Assembly (NCBI GenBank): GCA_963742735.1
Contig: CAVUMN010000003.1
Coordinates: 640,001 to 704,000, forward strand
Source of the DNA: an uncultured Actinomycetes bacterium
GTDB lineage: Bacteria; Actinomycetota; UBA4738; JBBDTT01
Direction: 5' to 3'
Length of the DNA stretch: 64,000 bases
Shown piece by piece: positions 1 to 9,403 of the stretch. The notes beneath the pieces are model-generated. The model was not told where the DNA came from and did not search any database. It saw only the letters and a program-made list of their open reading frames with translations. Within the stretch, counting starts at the first letter, position 1; each line of letters opens with the position of its first letter. Both the position numbers and the translations under genes were made by a program.

Positions 1-605
1 AGGGGGAGGCCTTCGATCGCCTCCACGGCGACGTCTACGTGCGGGGGTTCCTCCGCTCGTACGCGAGCTACCTGGGGCTCGACGCCGACAAGGTGCTCCA
101 GGCGTACGGCCGCGTGTACGGCAACCAGCCGGTGCTTCCCGCCGCGGCGCCGTCCTCGCCGCAGGTGGCGACGAGCCCCGACGGGCATCCGCTGATCCAC
201 CGCCCCGCCAACTGGCGGCTGGCGGTCGCCGCCGCCGCCGCGGCGGTCCTGGTCGTGGCGGTGATCGCCCTCGTGTCCCGGTCGAACCCCGGCGAGACCG
301 CGGACCCGTCCGGGCCGGCCGTGGAGACCTCCACGCCGCCGGTGGTGGCGAACCTGGTGGCGCTCGAGGAGGTGGGCGCGCGGATCCTGGTCGACGGGCT
401 CGTCATCTTCGACGGAACGCTCGCCCGGGGCGAGGCGCGCAGCCTGCTGGGCCACGACCGGATCCTGTTCGAGTTCGCGAGCGGGGGGAGCGTCCGGCTC
501 ACGGTGAACGGCACCAAGCTGGGCGCGCCCGGTGTGCTCGGGGAGCCCTATCAGATCTCCTACGGGCCCAACGACTTCAGGGGGTCGCCGTCGAGCGGCG
601 GGTGA
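1..605 (+). CDS. RodZ-like HTH / DUF4115 membrane protein (5' truncated)
   Basis: YVRGFLRSYASYLGLD HTH tail, one TM segment and a C-terminal beta domain; usual position before pgsA-cinA. Confidence 0.85.
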   Translation, partial: GEAFDRLHGDVYVRGFLRSYASYLGLDADKVLQAYGRVYGNQPVLPAAAPSSPQVATSPDGHPLIHRPANWRLAVAAAAAAVLVVAVIALVSRSNPGETADPSGPAVETSTPPVVANLVALEEVGARILVDGLVIFDGTLARGEARSLLGHDRILFEFASGGSVRLTVNGTKLGAPGVLGEPYQISYGPNDFRGSPSSGG

Positions 606-1156
606 GCCCGTTCGGGCTGGGGTGGCCGAACCTCATCTCGCTGCTTCGGATCCTCCTGGTCCCGGGCCTGGTGCTCCTGGTGGTCGACGGCAGCCGGGGG
701 GCGTCGTTCGCCGCCGCGGCGCTGTTCGTGTTCGGCGCCGTGACCGACGGCCTGGACGGGTACCTCGCCCGGCGCTACGACTCGGTCACCCGCACGGGCC
801 AGTGGCTCGATCCGCTCTCGGACAAGGTGTTCGTCTCCGCGCCGGTGATCACCCTGACCGCACTCGACCGGTTCCCGCTGTGGGCGGCCGCGATCATCGT
901 GGTGCGCGAGATCGCCGTCTCGCTGCTTCGGGTGTACCTGGGAGGCCGGGGCCGGGCCATGCCGGCGTCGGCCCTCGGGAAGGCCAAGACGGCCGCGCAG
1001 CTCCTGGCGATCCTGCTGTACCTGCTCCCCGACGCCGTGGACGTGATCGACCCGTGGGGGACGGTGGTGGTGATGATCGCGGTCCTCCTGACGGTGTGGT
1101 CGGGCCTGGACTACGCCGTGAAGTCGCTCCGCACGGTGGACACGCCGGCCACGTGA
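602..1156 (+). CDS. pgsA: CDP-diacylglycerol--glycerol-3-phosphate 3-phosphatidyltransferase
   Basis: PNLISLLR and DGLDGYLARR...GQWLDPLSDK CDP-alcohol transferase motif. Confidence 0.93.
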   Translation: MSPFGLGWPNLISLLRILLVPGLVLLVVDGSRGASFAAAALFVFGAVTDGLDGYLARRYDSVTRTGQWLDPLSDKVFVSAPVITLTALDRFPLWAAAIIVVREIAVSLLRVYLGGRGRAMPASALGKAKTAAQLLAILLYLLPDAVDVIDPWGTVVVMIAVLLTVWSGLDYAVKSLRTVDTPAT

Positions 1157-2439
1157 CCACCGCCGAGCTGGTGGCCGTCGGCACCGAGATCCTCCTCGGG
1201 CAGATCGAGAACTCCAACGCGCGGTGGATGTCGGATCGGCTCGCGCTGATCGGCGTCGACGTGCTGCACCACCAGGTGGTGGGGGACAACGAGGACCGCA
1301 TCGCCGACGCGCTCCGCCTGGCCCTGTCGCGGGCCGACGTGGTCATCGCCACCGGCGGGCTGGGACCCACCCAGGACGACGTGACCCGGGAGGGCCTCGC
1401 CGCGGCGCTCGGGGTGGAGCTCGAGCCGGTGCCGGCCGTCGAGGCGTGGCTCCGTGAGCGGTTCGCGGCGCTCGGACGGGAGATGCCCGAGTCGAACCTG
1501 CGCCAGGCGCTGGTCCCAGCCGGCGCTCGGTACATCACGCCCGAGCGGGGGACCGCGCCCGGCCTGATCGTCCAGCACGAGGGCCGCCGGCTCTACCTGG
1601 TGCCCGGCGTGCCGGCCGAGATGAAGGAGATGCTCGAGGGGACGATCCTCCCCGAGCTCGCCGAGCTGGCCGGCGGCATGACGATCGTCTCCCGCGTCCT
1701 GAAGGTGACCGGGATGGCGGAGTCCCGCCTGGCAGAGGTCCTCGACGACCTGTTCCGGAGCTCGACCAACCCGACCGTCGCCTTCCTGGCCACCTCCGGA
1801 GAGGTGAAGGTCCGCCTGACCGCCAAGGCGGCCTCCCGCGCCGAGGCCGAGGCGCGCATCGAGCCACTGGCCGAGGAGGTGGCCCGCCGGCTGGGGGATC
1901 GGGTGTTCTCCACCGACGACGAGCAGCTCGAGCACGTCGTCGGCCGGCTGCTGAAGGCGGAGCAGCGGACCCTCGCCTGCGCCGAGTCGCTCACCGGCGG
2001 CGAGCTCGCCGCGCGGCTCACGGCGGCCCCCGGCTCCTCGGCGTTCTTCGTGGGGTCGGCGGTGTGTTACACGGAGGCCGCAAAGCGGGACGTGCTCGGG
2101 GTTCGTCAGGAGACCATCGACGGTCCGGGCGTGGTCAGCGAGGCGTGCGCGATGGAGATGGCCCGGGGCGCACGCGGGCTGTTCGGCGCGGACATCGCGG
2201 TGTCGCTCACCGGGGTGGCCGGGCCCGACCCGCACGACGGCGAACCGGTCGGCCGCGTGTGGGTGGCGATCTCCACCGAGGGCGGCGAGCAAGCCGCGAC
2301 CTTCAACGCGCCCGGCGATCGCGATCAGATCCGGAGGTGGGCGGAACAGGCCGCGCTCGACATGGTCCGCCGGGAGCTGTTGGGGCTCCGCCAGCTCCGG
2401 GGCCGGCCCGGGGATCCGTTCGACGCCTCCCAGGCGTGA
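1153..2439 (+). CDS. cinA: Competence/damage-inducible protein CinA (MoCF-binding + NMN deamidase)
   Basis: VGTEILLG, TGGLGPTQDD and AESLTGG motifs; GTG start overlaps the pgsA stop (GTGA). Confidence 0.93.
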   Translation: MTTAELVAVGTEILLGQIENSNARWMSDRLALIGVDVLHHQVVGDNEDRIADALRLALSRADVVIATGGLGPTQDDVTREGLAAALGVELEPVPAVEAWLRERFAALGREMPESNLRQALVPAGARYITPERGTAPGLIVQHEGRRLYLVPGVPAEMKEMLEGTILPELAELAGGMTIVSRVLKVTGMAESRLAEVLDDLFRSSTNPTVAFLATSGEVKVRLTAKAASRAEAEARIEPLAEEVARRLGDRVFSTDDEQLEHVVGRLLKAEQRTLACAESLTGGELAARLTAAPGSSAFFVGSAVCYTEAAKRDVLGVRQETIDGPGVVSEACAMEMARGARGLFGADIAVSLTGVAGPDPHDGEPVGRVWVAISTEGGEQAATFNAPGDRDQIRRWAEQAALDMVRRELLGLRQLRGRPGDPFDASQA

Positions 2440-3026
2440 CGTCCGAGGCGCCGCCCGGCGACCGGCCGCTCCGCCTGTTCGTGGCGGTGGACCTGCCTCC
2501 CGCGTCCCTCCAGGCGGTCGAGGCGGCGTCCGTGGCGTGGCGGGACCGGCTGGGCGACGGGGTCGGCCGGTGGGTGGTCACCGAGAACCAGCACGTGACC
2601 GTGGGGTTCCTGGGGCGAACCTGGCCGCGCCAGCTGGACTGGGTCCGCGAGCGGCTGACGGAGGCCGCCGCGCCCGTGCGGCCGTTCGAGACCGGCCTGT
2701 CGGCGTTCGGCGTGTTCCCCGGGCGGGGGTCGGCGCGGGTCCTGTGGCTGGGCCTCGACGAGCGGGGCGGGGGATGGGACGCCCTGGCCGGCTCGGTTCG
2801 GACGGCGCTCGCCGAGGAGTTCCCTCCCGAGGCGCGCCCCTACACCCCCCACCTGACGCTGGCGCGCTTCGAGCCGCGCGTCTCGCTGGCCGGCCACGCC
2901 GAGGCCCTGACGGAGCCGGTCGTCGCGCCGCGATTCCGCGTGAAGGCGATCACCCTGTACCGGAGCCACCTCATGCGTCCGCGGCCGAGGTACGAGCCCC
3001 TGGCCCGATTCGGGCTGAACGGCTGA
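2436..3026 (+). CDS. thpR: RNA 2',3'-cyclic phosphodiesterase
   Basis: RLFVAV plus two HxT motifs (HVTV, PHLTLAR). Confidence 0.9.
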   Translation: MTSEAPPGDRPLRLFVAVDLPPASLQAVEAASVAWRDRLGDGVGRWVVTENQHVTVGFLGRTWPRQLDWVRERLTEAAAPVRPFETGLSAFGVFPGRGSARVLWLGLDERGGGWDALAGSVRTALAEEFPPEARPYTPHLTLARFEPRVSLAGHAEALTEPVVAPRFRVKAITLYRSHLMRPRPRYEPLARFGLNG

Positions 3027-3032
3027 GCCGGG

Positions 3033-4535
3033 TCAGGGGCGCGGGCGCCCCCCCGGCTCCTCCTCGTCCTCGTCGTTGGGAGGCGCGACCGGGGCGTCGT
3101 GCTCGAACGACTCCGGGTTCGTGAGCTGTTCGACGACCTCCTGGCCCACCTCGCCCGGTCGGGGCGCGCCCCCGCCTCCGCTCTCGCGGCTGCCGGCCGG
3201 AGGTTCCTCCGGCCACTCGAACGTGTCCGCGTCGGCCTCTCCCGGCCTGCGGGGGTACCACGCGTCGAGGTCCTCGGGGTCGTCAGCGCCGGGTCCGCGG
3301 CGCGAGGCGGCGGTCCCGGCGATCCCTGCGGCCCCGGCCGCGTCCGTCGCCACGTCCCGGGACGCCTCGTCGAAGGCGGGAGGGGTCGCCGCCGGCTCGT
3401 CCGGGCCGAACGCCCGGTCCAGGGCGGCCGCCGTGCTGAGGGGCGCCGCCCCGGCGCCCGGCGATGCGCCGACGAGGGAGGCCGCCGCCGCCGATCCGGC
3501 GTCCGGGTAGGAGGGCTCGCGCGGCAGCGTCCGGGCGCTGCGCACGCGTTTCGCGGCGGTCCCCGCGTCGGCCGAGTCGTGCAGCGCCGTGCCGGCGACG
3601 CCCAGGGTCCCCGCGATGGCCATCGCCATGCCGAGCGCGCCGAGGACCGTCTCCAGTGGGTCCGTCCCGATGTCCACCAGGACGGCTCCGGTGCAGGCCT
3701 GGCCGCCCTGGAGCGTGGCCTCCCCGGTGATCCGGTACAGCCCCGCGCCCACCCAGTCGTAGTCGCCGACGAGGGCCGAGGCGGACACGCTGGTCCCCTG
3801 GACGCGTTGATCGATCGGGATCCACGCCGGCCCGTAGTACAGACGGAACTCGCCGTCCGCCGGCGCGGTCGGGCCGGTCAGGCTGAACGTCACGTGGTCC
3901 TCCGGCAGCAGCAGGATCGCCTGGTCCTCGTCCAGGCTGTCGTGGCCGGTCAGATCCTGCCCGGCGAAGGCGCCGGTGCATGGGCCCGAGGTCTCGGCGA
4001 GGGCGGTGGCCGGGAACAGCACGAGCAGGGCCGGGACGAGCGCCAAGAGCGCGCTGAGTGCGCTGAACGCCGCGGCGGCCGGCGCGGGGAGGTCATGCAG
4101 CCGCCGGTTCACGCGCCGGACCGTGAACGCCCACGTGATCGACGGCAGGACGAGCCCGCCCAGCAGGCCTCCGATGACGCCCTTGAGCAGCAGCGACGAG
4201 GTCATCGCCGAGACGGAGTACTGCTGCAGGATGATGGCGGTCCCGACGCCGCCCGCCACGCCGCACAGGATCGCCCACGGCCGGAGCTGCGGCCGCCACC
4301 CCAGGCGCGTGTTGCCCTTGCGGAACGGGTCCCGGCGGAGCGCTCGTCCGGGGCGGAGCGCGACGAGCCAGGGGAGGACGAACCCGAACACGATCCCCGC
4401 GGCGAGGCCGCGAGGGCCGTACTGCATGGTCAGCGCGACGGTTCCGGCGAGGGCCACGAGCCGTCCGAGGAGCGCCAGGAACCGGAGCCCGAAGGAGCGT
4501 TTCGCGGCGGGGACGGGGTGGCGAACGGAGGCCAT
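3033..4535 (-). CDS. Hypothetical multi-pass membrane protein with extracytoplasmic Cys-pair domain and acidic disordered tail
   Basis: About 500 aa ORF with several hydrophobic segments; TTGACA-N18-GAGCAT promoter on the minus strand upstream. Confidence 0.65.
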   Translation of the reverse strand: MASVRHPVPAAKRSFGLRFLALLGRLVALAGTVALTMQYGPRGLAAGIVFGFVLPWLVALRPGRALRRDPFRKGNTRLGWRPQLRPWAILCGVAGGVGTAIILQQYSVSAMTSSLLLKGVIGGLLGGLVLPSITWAFTVRRVNRRLHDLPAPAAAAFSALSALLALVPALLVLFPATALAETSGPCTGAFAGQDLTGHDSLDEDQAILLLPEDHVTFSLTGPTAPADGEFRLYYGPAWIPIDQRVQGTSVSASALVGDYDWVGAGLYRITGEATLQGGQACTGAVLVDIGTDPLETVLGALGMAMAIAGTLGVAGTALHDSADAGTAAKRVRSARTLPREPSYPDAGSAAAASLVGASPGAGAAPLSTAAALDRAFGPDEPAATPPAFDEASRDVATDAAGAAGIAGTAASRRGPGADDPEDLDAWYPRRPGEADADTFEWPEEPPAGSRESGGGGAPRPGEVGQEVVEQLTNPESFEHDAPVAPPNDEDEEEPGGRPRP

Positions 4536-4605
4536 GGCCGGAGCTCCAGCGATCGGGTGGGGCGGATGCTCCGGCGGGGCGGTCGACGATGTCAAGCGGA
4601 AATCC

Positions 4606-4634
4606 TTGCCTTCGAACAGGTGTTCGAGTACGGT
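4606..4634 (+). promoter_or_regulatory. recA promoter with LexA (SOS) box
   Basis: TCGAACAGGTGTTCGA (4612-4627) between TTGCCT (-35) and TACGGT (-10), 17-bp spacer. Confidence 0.9.
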
Positions 4635-4671
4635 TCGGGTTGCAGTCGTCGAACGACAGGGGTGTAATTCA

Positions 4672-4693
4672 TGTCAGACCCTCTTGCTAACCT
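4672..4693 (+). promoter_or_regulatory. RecA-NDp / PafBC-type promoter of recA
   Basis: TGTCAG-N10-TAACCT matches the TGTCRG-N10-TA-N3-T motif. Confidence 0.75.
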
Positions 4694-4730
4694 TCGCCGT
4701 CCAGCCCTTCCACCGTCACGGGAGGTTCGA

Positions 4731-5795
4731 ATGGAACGGGAAAAGATGCTCGACCTGGCCCTCTCCCAGATCGAGAAGCAGTACGGAAAGGGCGCCGTCA
4801 TGCGCCTGGGAGAGCATCCGGCCGGTCAGGGCGTCGCCGTGATCGGGACGGGGTCGCTGGCCCTGGACATCGCGCTGGGCATCGGGGGCATCCCCCGCGG
4901 CCGGATCATCGAGGTCTACGGCCCGGAGGGTTCGGGCAAGACCACCGTCTGCCTGCACATGATCGCCGAGGCCCAGCGGAACGGGGGCATCGCCGCCTTC
5001 GTCGACGCCGAGCACGCCCTGGACCCGACCTACGCGCGCAACCTCGGCGTGAACATCGACGAGCTGCTGATCTCGCAGCCCGACTCGGGCGAGCAGGCCC
5101 TGGAGATCGCGGACATGCTGGTTCGCTCCGGGGCGCTCGACATCGTGGTCGTGGACTCGGTCGCGGCCCTCGTCCCCCGCGCCGAGATCGAGGGGGAGAT
5201 GGGCGACACCCACGTCGGGCTCCAGGCGCGGCTGATGTCCCAGGCCATGCGCAAGCTCGCCGGGACGCTGTCGCGCTTCGACACGACCTGCGTGTTCATC
5301 AACCAACTGCGGGAGAAGATCGGCGTGATGTTCGGCTCGCCGGAGACCACCCCCGGCGGCCGCGCGCTCAAGTTCTACTCGTCGGTCCGTCTGGACGTCC
5401 GCAAGATCGAGAGCCTGAAGGACGGGACCGAGGTGGTCGGCAACCGCGTCCGCGCCAAGGTCGTGAAGAACAAGCTCGCGCCGCCCTTCCGGATGGCCGA
5501 GTTCGACATCATCTACGGCCGCGGAATCTCGAAAGAAGGTAGCCTGCTTGACGTTGGCGTGGACCTTGAGATCATCAAGAAGTCGGGTGCGTGGTTCACG
5601 TACGAGAACGAACAGCTCGGCCAGGGGAAGGAGAACGCCCGCCAGTTCCTGTCCGAGCACGCGGATGTCGCCCAGGAGATCGAGCGACGTGTCCGTGAAG
5701 GCGTGGGCCTGAGCGCCTTCGACGACGCCGATGAGGCGCCGATCGAGGTGCCGGAGCTCGCGGAGGAGCCCACCGGGGCGCCGGCCGGCGGCTAA
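4731..5795 (+). CDS. recA: Recombinase RecA
   Basis: [23 protein letters not shown]; GGAGG RBS before ATG 4731. Confidence 0.99.
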   Translation: MEREKMLDLALSQIEKQYGKGAVMRLGEHPAGQGVAVIGTGSLALDIALGIGGIPRGRIIEVYGPEGSGKTTVCLHMIAEAQRNGGIAAFVDAEHALDPTYARNLGVNIDELLISQPDSGEQALEIADMLVRSGALDIVVVDSVAALVPRAEIEGEMGDTHVGLQARLMSQAMRKLAGTLSRFDTTCVFINQLREKIGVMFGSPETTPGGRALKFYSSVRLDVRKIESLKDGTEVVGNRVRAKVVKNKLAPPFRMAEFDIIYGRGISKEGSLLDVGVDLEIIKKSGAWFTYENEQLGQGKENARQFLSEHADVAQEIERRVREGVGLSAFDDADEAPIEVPELAEEPTGAPAGG

Positions 5796-5804
5796 GGGGA
5801 AGGG

Positions 5805-6347
5805 CTGACGGCCGGCCCCCGGCGGGGTTCCGCACGGGATTCCGCACCCCCCGAGCGGACACCCGAGGAGGCGCGGGCGTACGCGAAGGAGCGTGCGCTC
5901 CGGCTCCTGGCGGTTCGGCCCCGGAGCCGCGCGGAGCTCGAGCAGCGGCTCGCTCGTGTGGGCGTGGGCGACGATGACGTCCGTTCGGCCCTCGAGGACC
6001 TCGAACGGGTAGGCCTCGTCGACGACGCCGCCTTCGCCCGCGAGCTCGTCGAGTCCCGGGCCGGCCACCGCCTGGAGGGAGACCGGGCGATCCGGTCGGC
6101 CCTGCGGTCGAAGGGCGTCGATCCCGCCGTCGGGGAGGCCGCGCTGGCCGAGATCGGGGGCGGGGACGAGGAGGCACGCGCGTTCGAGCTCGCCGAGCTG
6201 CGGGCCCGAAGGCTGAGCGGACTTCCTCCCGAGCGCGCGTACCCGCGCCTTCTGTCGTTCCTGCAGCGGCGCGGCTACGGCTACGGGCTGGCTTCGGGGG
6301 CCGCGCGCAGGGCGCTGGCGATCGACGGGACTCGAGACGACGACTGA
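5805..6347 (+). CDS. recX: Regulatory protein RecX (start uncertain, probably CTG)
   Basis: ALRLLAVRPRSRAEL...GLVDDAAFA...FLQRRGY; homology extends upstream of GTG 5958. Confidence 0.9.
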   Translation: MTAGPRRGSARDSAPPERTPEEARAYAKERALRLLAVRPRSRAELEQRLARVGVGDDDVRSALEDLERVGLVDDAAFARELVESRAGHRLEGDRAIRSALRSKGVDPAVGEAALAEIGGGDEEARAFELAELRARRLSGLPPERAYPRLLSFLQRRGYGYGLASGAARRALAIDGTRDDD

Positions 6348-6357
6348 GCCGTGCGGC

Positions 6358-7092
6358 TCAGACGATGAGTGTCACGGTGTCGCGCCGGATCCGGATGAAC
6401 AGCTGCGCGGCGTTGTTGGCCTCGTTCGTCTCCAGCAGATGGTCGCTGGGGTCCGCCGTGGAGATCAGCCAGTAGGCGCCGTTTGGCAGCCCGGTGATGT
6501 CGATGGACTGGCCCGCCAGGTTGTACAGGTAGGTGTCGGACCATCCCACCGCCAGTCCCTGGCCCCCCGTCCGCGTGCACAGCGAGTACCTCCGGGGCAT
6601 GGCGTGCGGGATCGTGTTGCTGACCTGCGTCGTGTCGACGATGCAGAAGCTCGTCTTGCCTCCGCTGCGCAGGAGGGCGCCGGGCTTGCGGCGGTCGTTC
6701 GCGCGGAGCTCGTATTTCGCGAAGTCCCCGAAGTGCCAGTGGTTGTGCGCGGAGTGGAACGCGAACGTGCCGGCCAACCGCTCGCTCACGACCGACCAGA
6801 CCATGTTGTCGTCGTGGGTCATGAGCCGCTGGTACGCGGTGGTCGTCGTGCCGACGTTCTCCGCCCGCAGATCGAGCGGGCCGTCGCCGGCGTTCCAGAC
6901 CTCGTTGCTCAGACGAAGGAGCTTGACGCCGTTCTGGTTGGTGATGCGCAAGTCTCGGGGCGGCTTCGTCTGCAGGTCCGGGAGGTGCACCGTCCCCGGA
7001 GAGCTCGCCACCGCTCCGGTTCCGGGAAGGATCCCGACGGCGATGCTCGCCACCGCCACCATGACCGCCGCCATCGCGCTCGTCCGTCGCAC
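6358..7092 (-). CDS. Secreted lysyl oxidase-like protein
   Basis: Signal peptide, LPDL, HSAHNHWH His cluster, KTSFC, GWSDTY, IDITGLPNGAYWL...DP...ETNEANN; start approximate. Confidence 0.85.
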   Translation of the reverse strand: MRRTSAMAAVMVAVASIAVGILPGTGAVASSPGTVHLPDLQTKPPRDLRITNQNGVKLLRLSNEVWNAGDGPLDLRAENVGTTTTAYQRLMTHDDNMVWSVVSERLAGTFAFHSAHNHWHFGDFAKYELRANDRRKPGALLRSGGKTSFCIVDTTQVSNTIPHAMPRRYSLCTRTGGQGLAVGWSDTYLYNLAGQSIDITGLPNGAYWLISTADPSDHLLETNEANNAAQLFIRIRRDTVTLIV

Positions 7093-7185
7093 CGGAACAC
7101 GGTACCGCGAAGGCCGCCCCGAATACCAGGAGAGCAAGCGGCCCGAACCGTTCCCAAGCGACCATTGCGGGGCTAGAATTTGCCC

Positions 7186-7380
7186 ACCAGAGGTTCCAAC
7201 GAACAACACAACCGAACCGTCCGAGAAAACGACCGACATGGCGAGCGAGATTCCAACCCGACACCCCAGGAGGCGCCCGGGGCCCTGAGGAGGGCCCGCC
7301 GACCCACGTTCGCACTCGCGCATCGCCGACTCGGTCTCACCGGCATCCTCGCCGGGCCTCTGGCCCGGCGTTCGTCGTCT
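7186..7380 (+). ncRNA. Putative structured leader / ncRNA upstream of rny
   Basis: TAGAAT -10 at 7174-7179 and several long-range complementary segments (manual folding). Confidence 0.4.
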
Positions 7381-7403
7381 TCGGGCGGGGATGAGGAGGC
7401 ACG

Positions 7404-8941
7404 ATGACGGCCGTCTGGATCGTGGTCGCGCTCGTGGGGGGCGTGGGCGCGGGGTGGCTGGTCCGCAAGGCGATGGCCTCGGGCTCCCTGGAGTCCGCCG
7501 AGGCTCGTGCCGCGCGGACCCTGGCCGAGGCCGAGCGCGAGGCGGAGTCCCGCGTTCGCGACGCCCTTCAAGAGGTCAAGGACGAGATCGCCGGCATGCG
7601 CCGTGAGGCAGACGAGGACGTCCGGGGCCGTCGCGAGGAGATCCGAAAGCGAGAGGAGACGCTGTCCCGCCGCGAGGAGGCCCTCGAGGCGCGCCTCGGT
7701 GAGATCGACCAACGGGACCGGGGCCTCCAGGCCGTCCGTCAGGAGGTGGAGACCATCCGCACCGGCCTGGAGCAGGACGCCCAGAAGCACCGCGCCGAGC
7801 TCGAGCGGGTCTCCCGTTTGACCGCCCAGGAGGCCAAGGAGGCGTTGATGGGCACGGTGGTCGAGCACGCCAAGCGCGACGCGATGGGGACCGTCCGCGA
7901 GATCGAGCAGCAGGCGCGGGAGGAGGGCGAGCGGCGGGCCCGCAAGATCGTCACCCTCGCCATCCAGCGGGTCGCCACGTGAGCAGACGGCCGAGTCGAC
8001 CGTCTCGGTCTTCCCGCTGCCCTCGCGACGACATGAAGGGCCGGATCATCGGGCGGGAGGGCCGCAACATCCGCGCGTTCGAGGCCGTCACGGGGATCAA
8101 CCTCATCATCGACGACACCCCCGAGGCCGTGGTGCTCTCGAGCTTCGACCCGGTGCGGCGCGAGGTGGCCCGCCTGACCCTCGAGAAGCTCGTCGCGGAC
8201 GGCCGGATCCAACCCGCTCGCATCGAGGAGATGCACGAGCGGTCGAAGGTGGAGATCGAGGAGGAGATCCGCCGCGCCGGCGAGCGGGCCCTGATCGACA
8301 CCGGCATCGCCAGCGTGCACCCGGAGATGGTCCGCGTGCTCGGGCCGCCTCCAGTTCCGGACCTCCTACGGCCAGAACGTGCTGCGGCATCTGGTCGAGT
8401 CCGCGAACATCGCGGAGGTCATGGCCGCGGAGCTCGGGATGCCCAATCCGAAGCTGGTCGCCCGCTGCGCGTTGATGCACGACATCGGCAAGGCCCTGAC
8501 CCACGAGGTCGAGGGGTCGCACGCCCTGATCGGGGCCGAGCTCGCCCGCCGTCTGAAGGAGCCGCCCGAGGTCGTGCACGCGATCGAGTCCCACCACGGC
8601 GAGGTGGAGCAGCGAACGGTGGAGGCCGTGCTCGCCCAGGTCGCCGACTCGATCTCCGGGCGGACGGCCCGGGGCCCGCCGGGAGAGCCTGGAGACCTAC
8701 GTGAAGCGCCTGGAGCGGCTCGAGGAGATCTGCGAGTCCTACCCGGGCGTGGAGAAGACGTTCGCGATGCAGGCCGGACGCGAGGTGCGGGTCATGGTCA
8801 AGCCCGAGGACGTCGACGACCTGGCGGCGCAGGTCCTGGCGCGCGACATCGCCAAGCGGGTCGAGGAGGAGCTCCAGTACCCGGGGCAGATCAAGATCAC
8901 GGTCGTCAGGGAGCTGCGCTCCGACGGAGTTCGCGAAATGA
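7404..8941 (+). CDS. rny: Ribonuclease Y (several frameshifts, likely sequencing errors)
   Basis: N-terminal TM and coiled coil, [15 protein letters not shown] domain, HDIGK HD domain, ends TEFAK*; pieces in different frames. Confidence 0.92.
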
Positions 8942-9372
8942 TCACGCGGCCGAGCCTGCGCGGGTCGTTCCGCCTCCGCCAAGCCGCCACCGTCGCCGGG
9001 GCCCTCGTGGTGATGGTCGGCGCGGGGCTCGCGTGGTCGAAGGGGACCCGTGACATCAGCCCGTTCCACCTCAGCCTGAAGTGGCTGATCGGAGGCTCCG
9101 CGGGAACGGACGCCGAGCCGTTGAAGTCGATCGGCATGGTCGTCCTGGTGCTGGTCGGGATCATCGTGTTCGGGCTGGTCACCGCGGGACGGGGCGTCAC
9201 GATCGCGGGTGGGCTGGGCGCCATGGCGGTGCCCCTGGCGTTCGCGGTGTCGGTGACGCGGACCTCGCGGCCGCTGTTCGACGTGCTCGGCCTGGGCGTC
9301 TACCTCACCGTCGCGGGAGGCGCGATCGCGATCATCGGCACGCTGCTCGGCGCCGGCCGCCGGCGGCGCTGA
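8938..9372 (+). CDS. Hypothetical membrane protein
   Basis: ATGA overlap with the rny stop; four hydrophobic segments. Confidence 0.65.
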   Translation: MITRPSLRGSFRLRQAATVAGALVVMVGAGLAWSKGTRDISPFHLSLKWLIGGSAGTDAEPLKSIGMVVLVLVGIIVFGLVTAGRGVTIAGGLGAMAVPLAFAVSVTRTSRPLFDVLGLGVYLTVAGGAIAIIGTLLGAGRRRR

Positions 9373-9403
9373 GCGCCCACACCTCGCTGCTACAGTCGAG
9401 CCC

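Noticed and set aside
8701-9372. RNase Y C-terminus fused to a membrane domain
   Set aside because: Artefact of an indel; rny ends TEFAK* at 8941 and the membrane gene starts at ATG 8938
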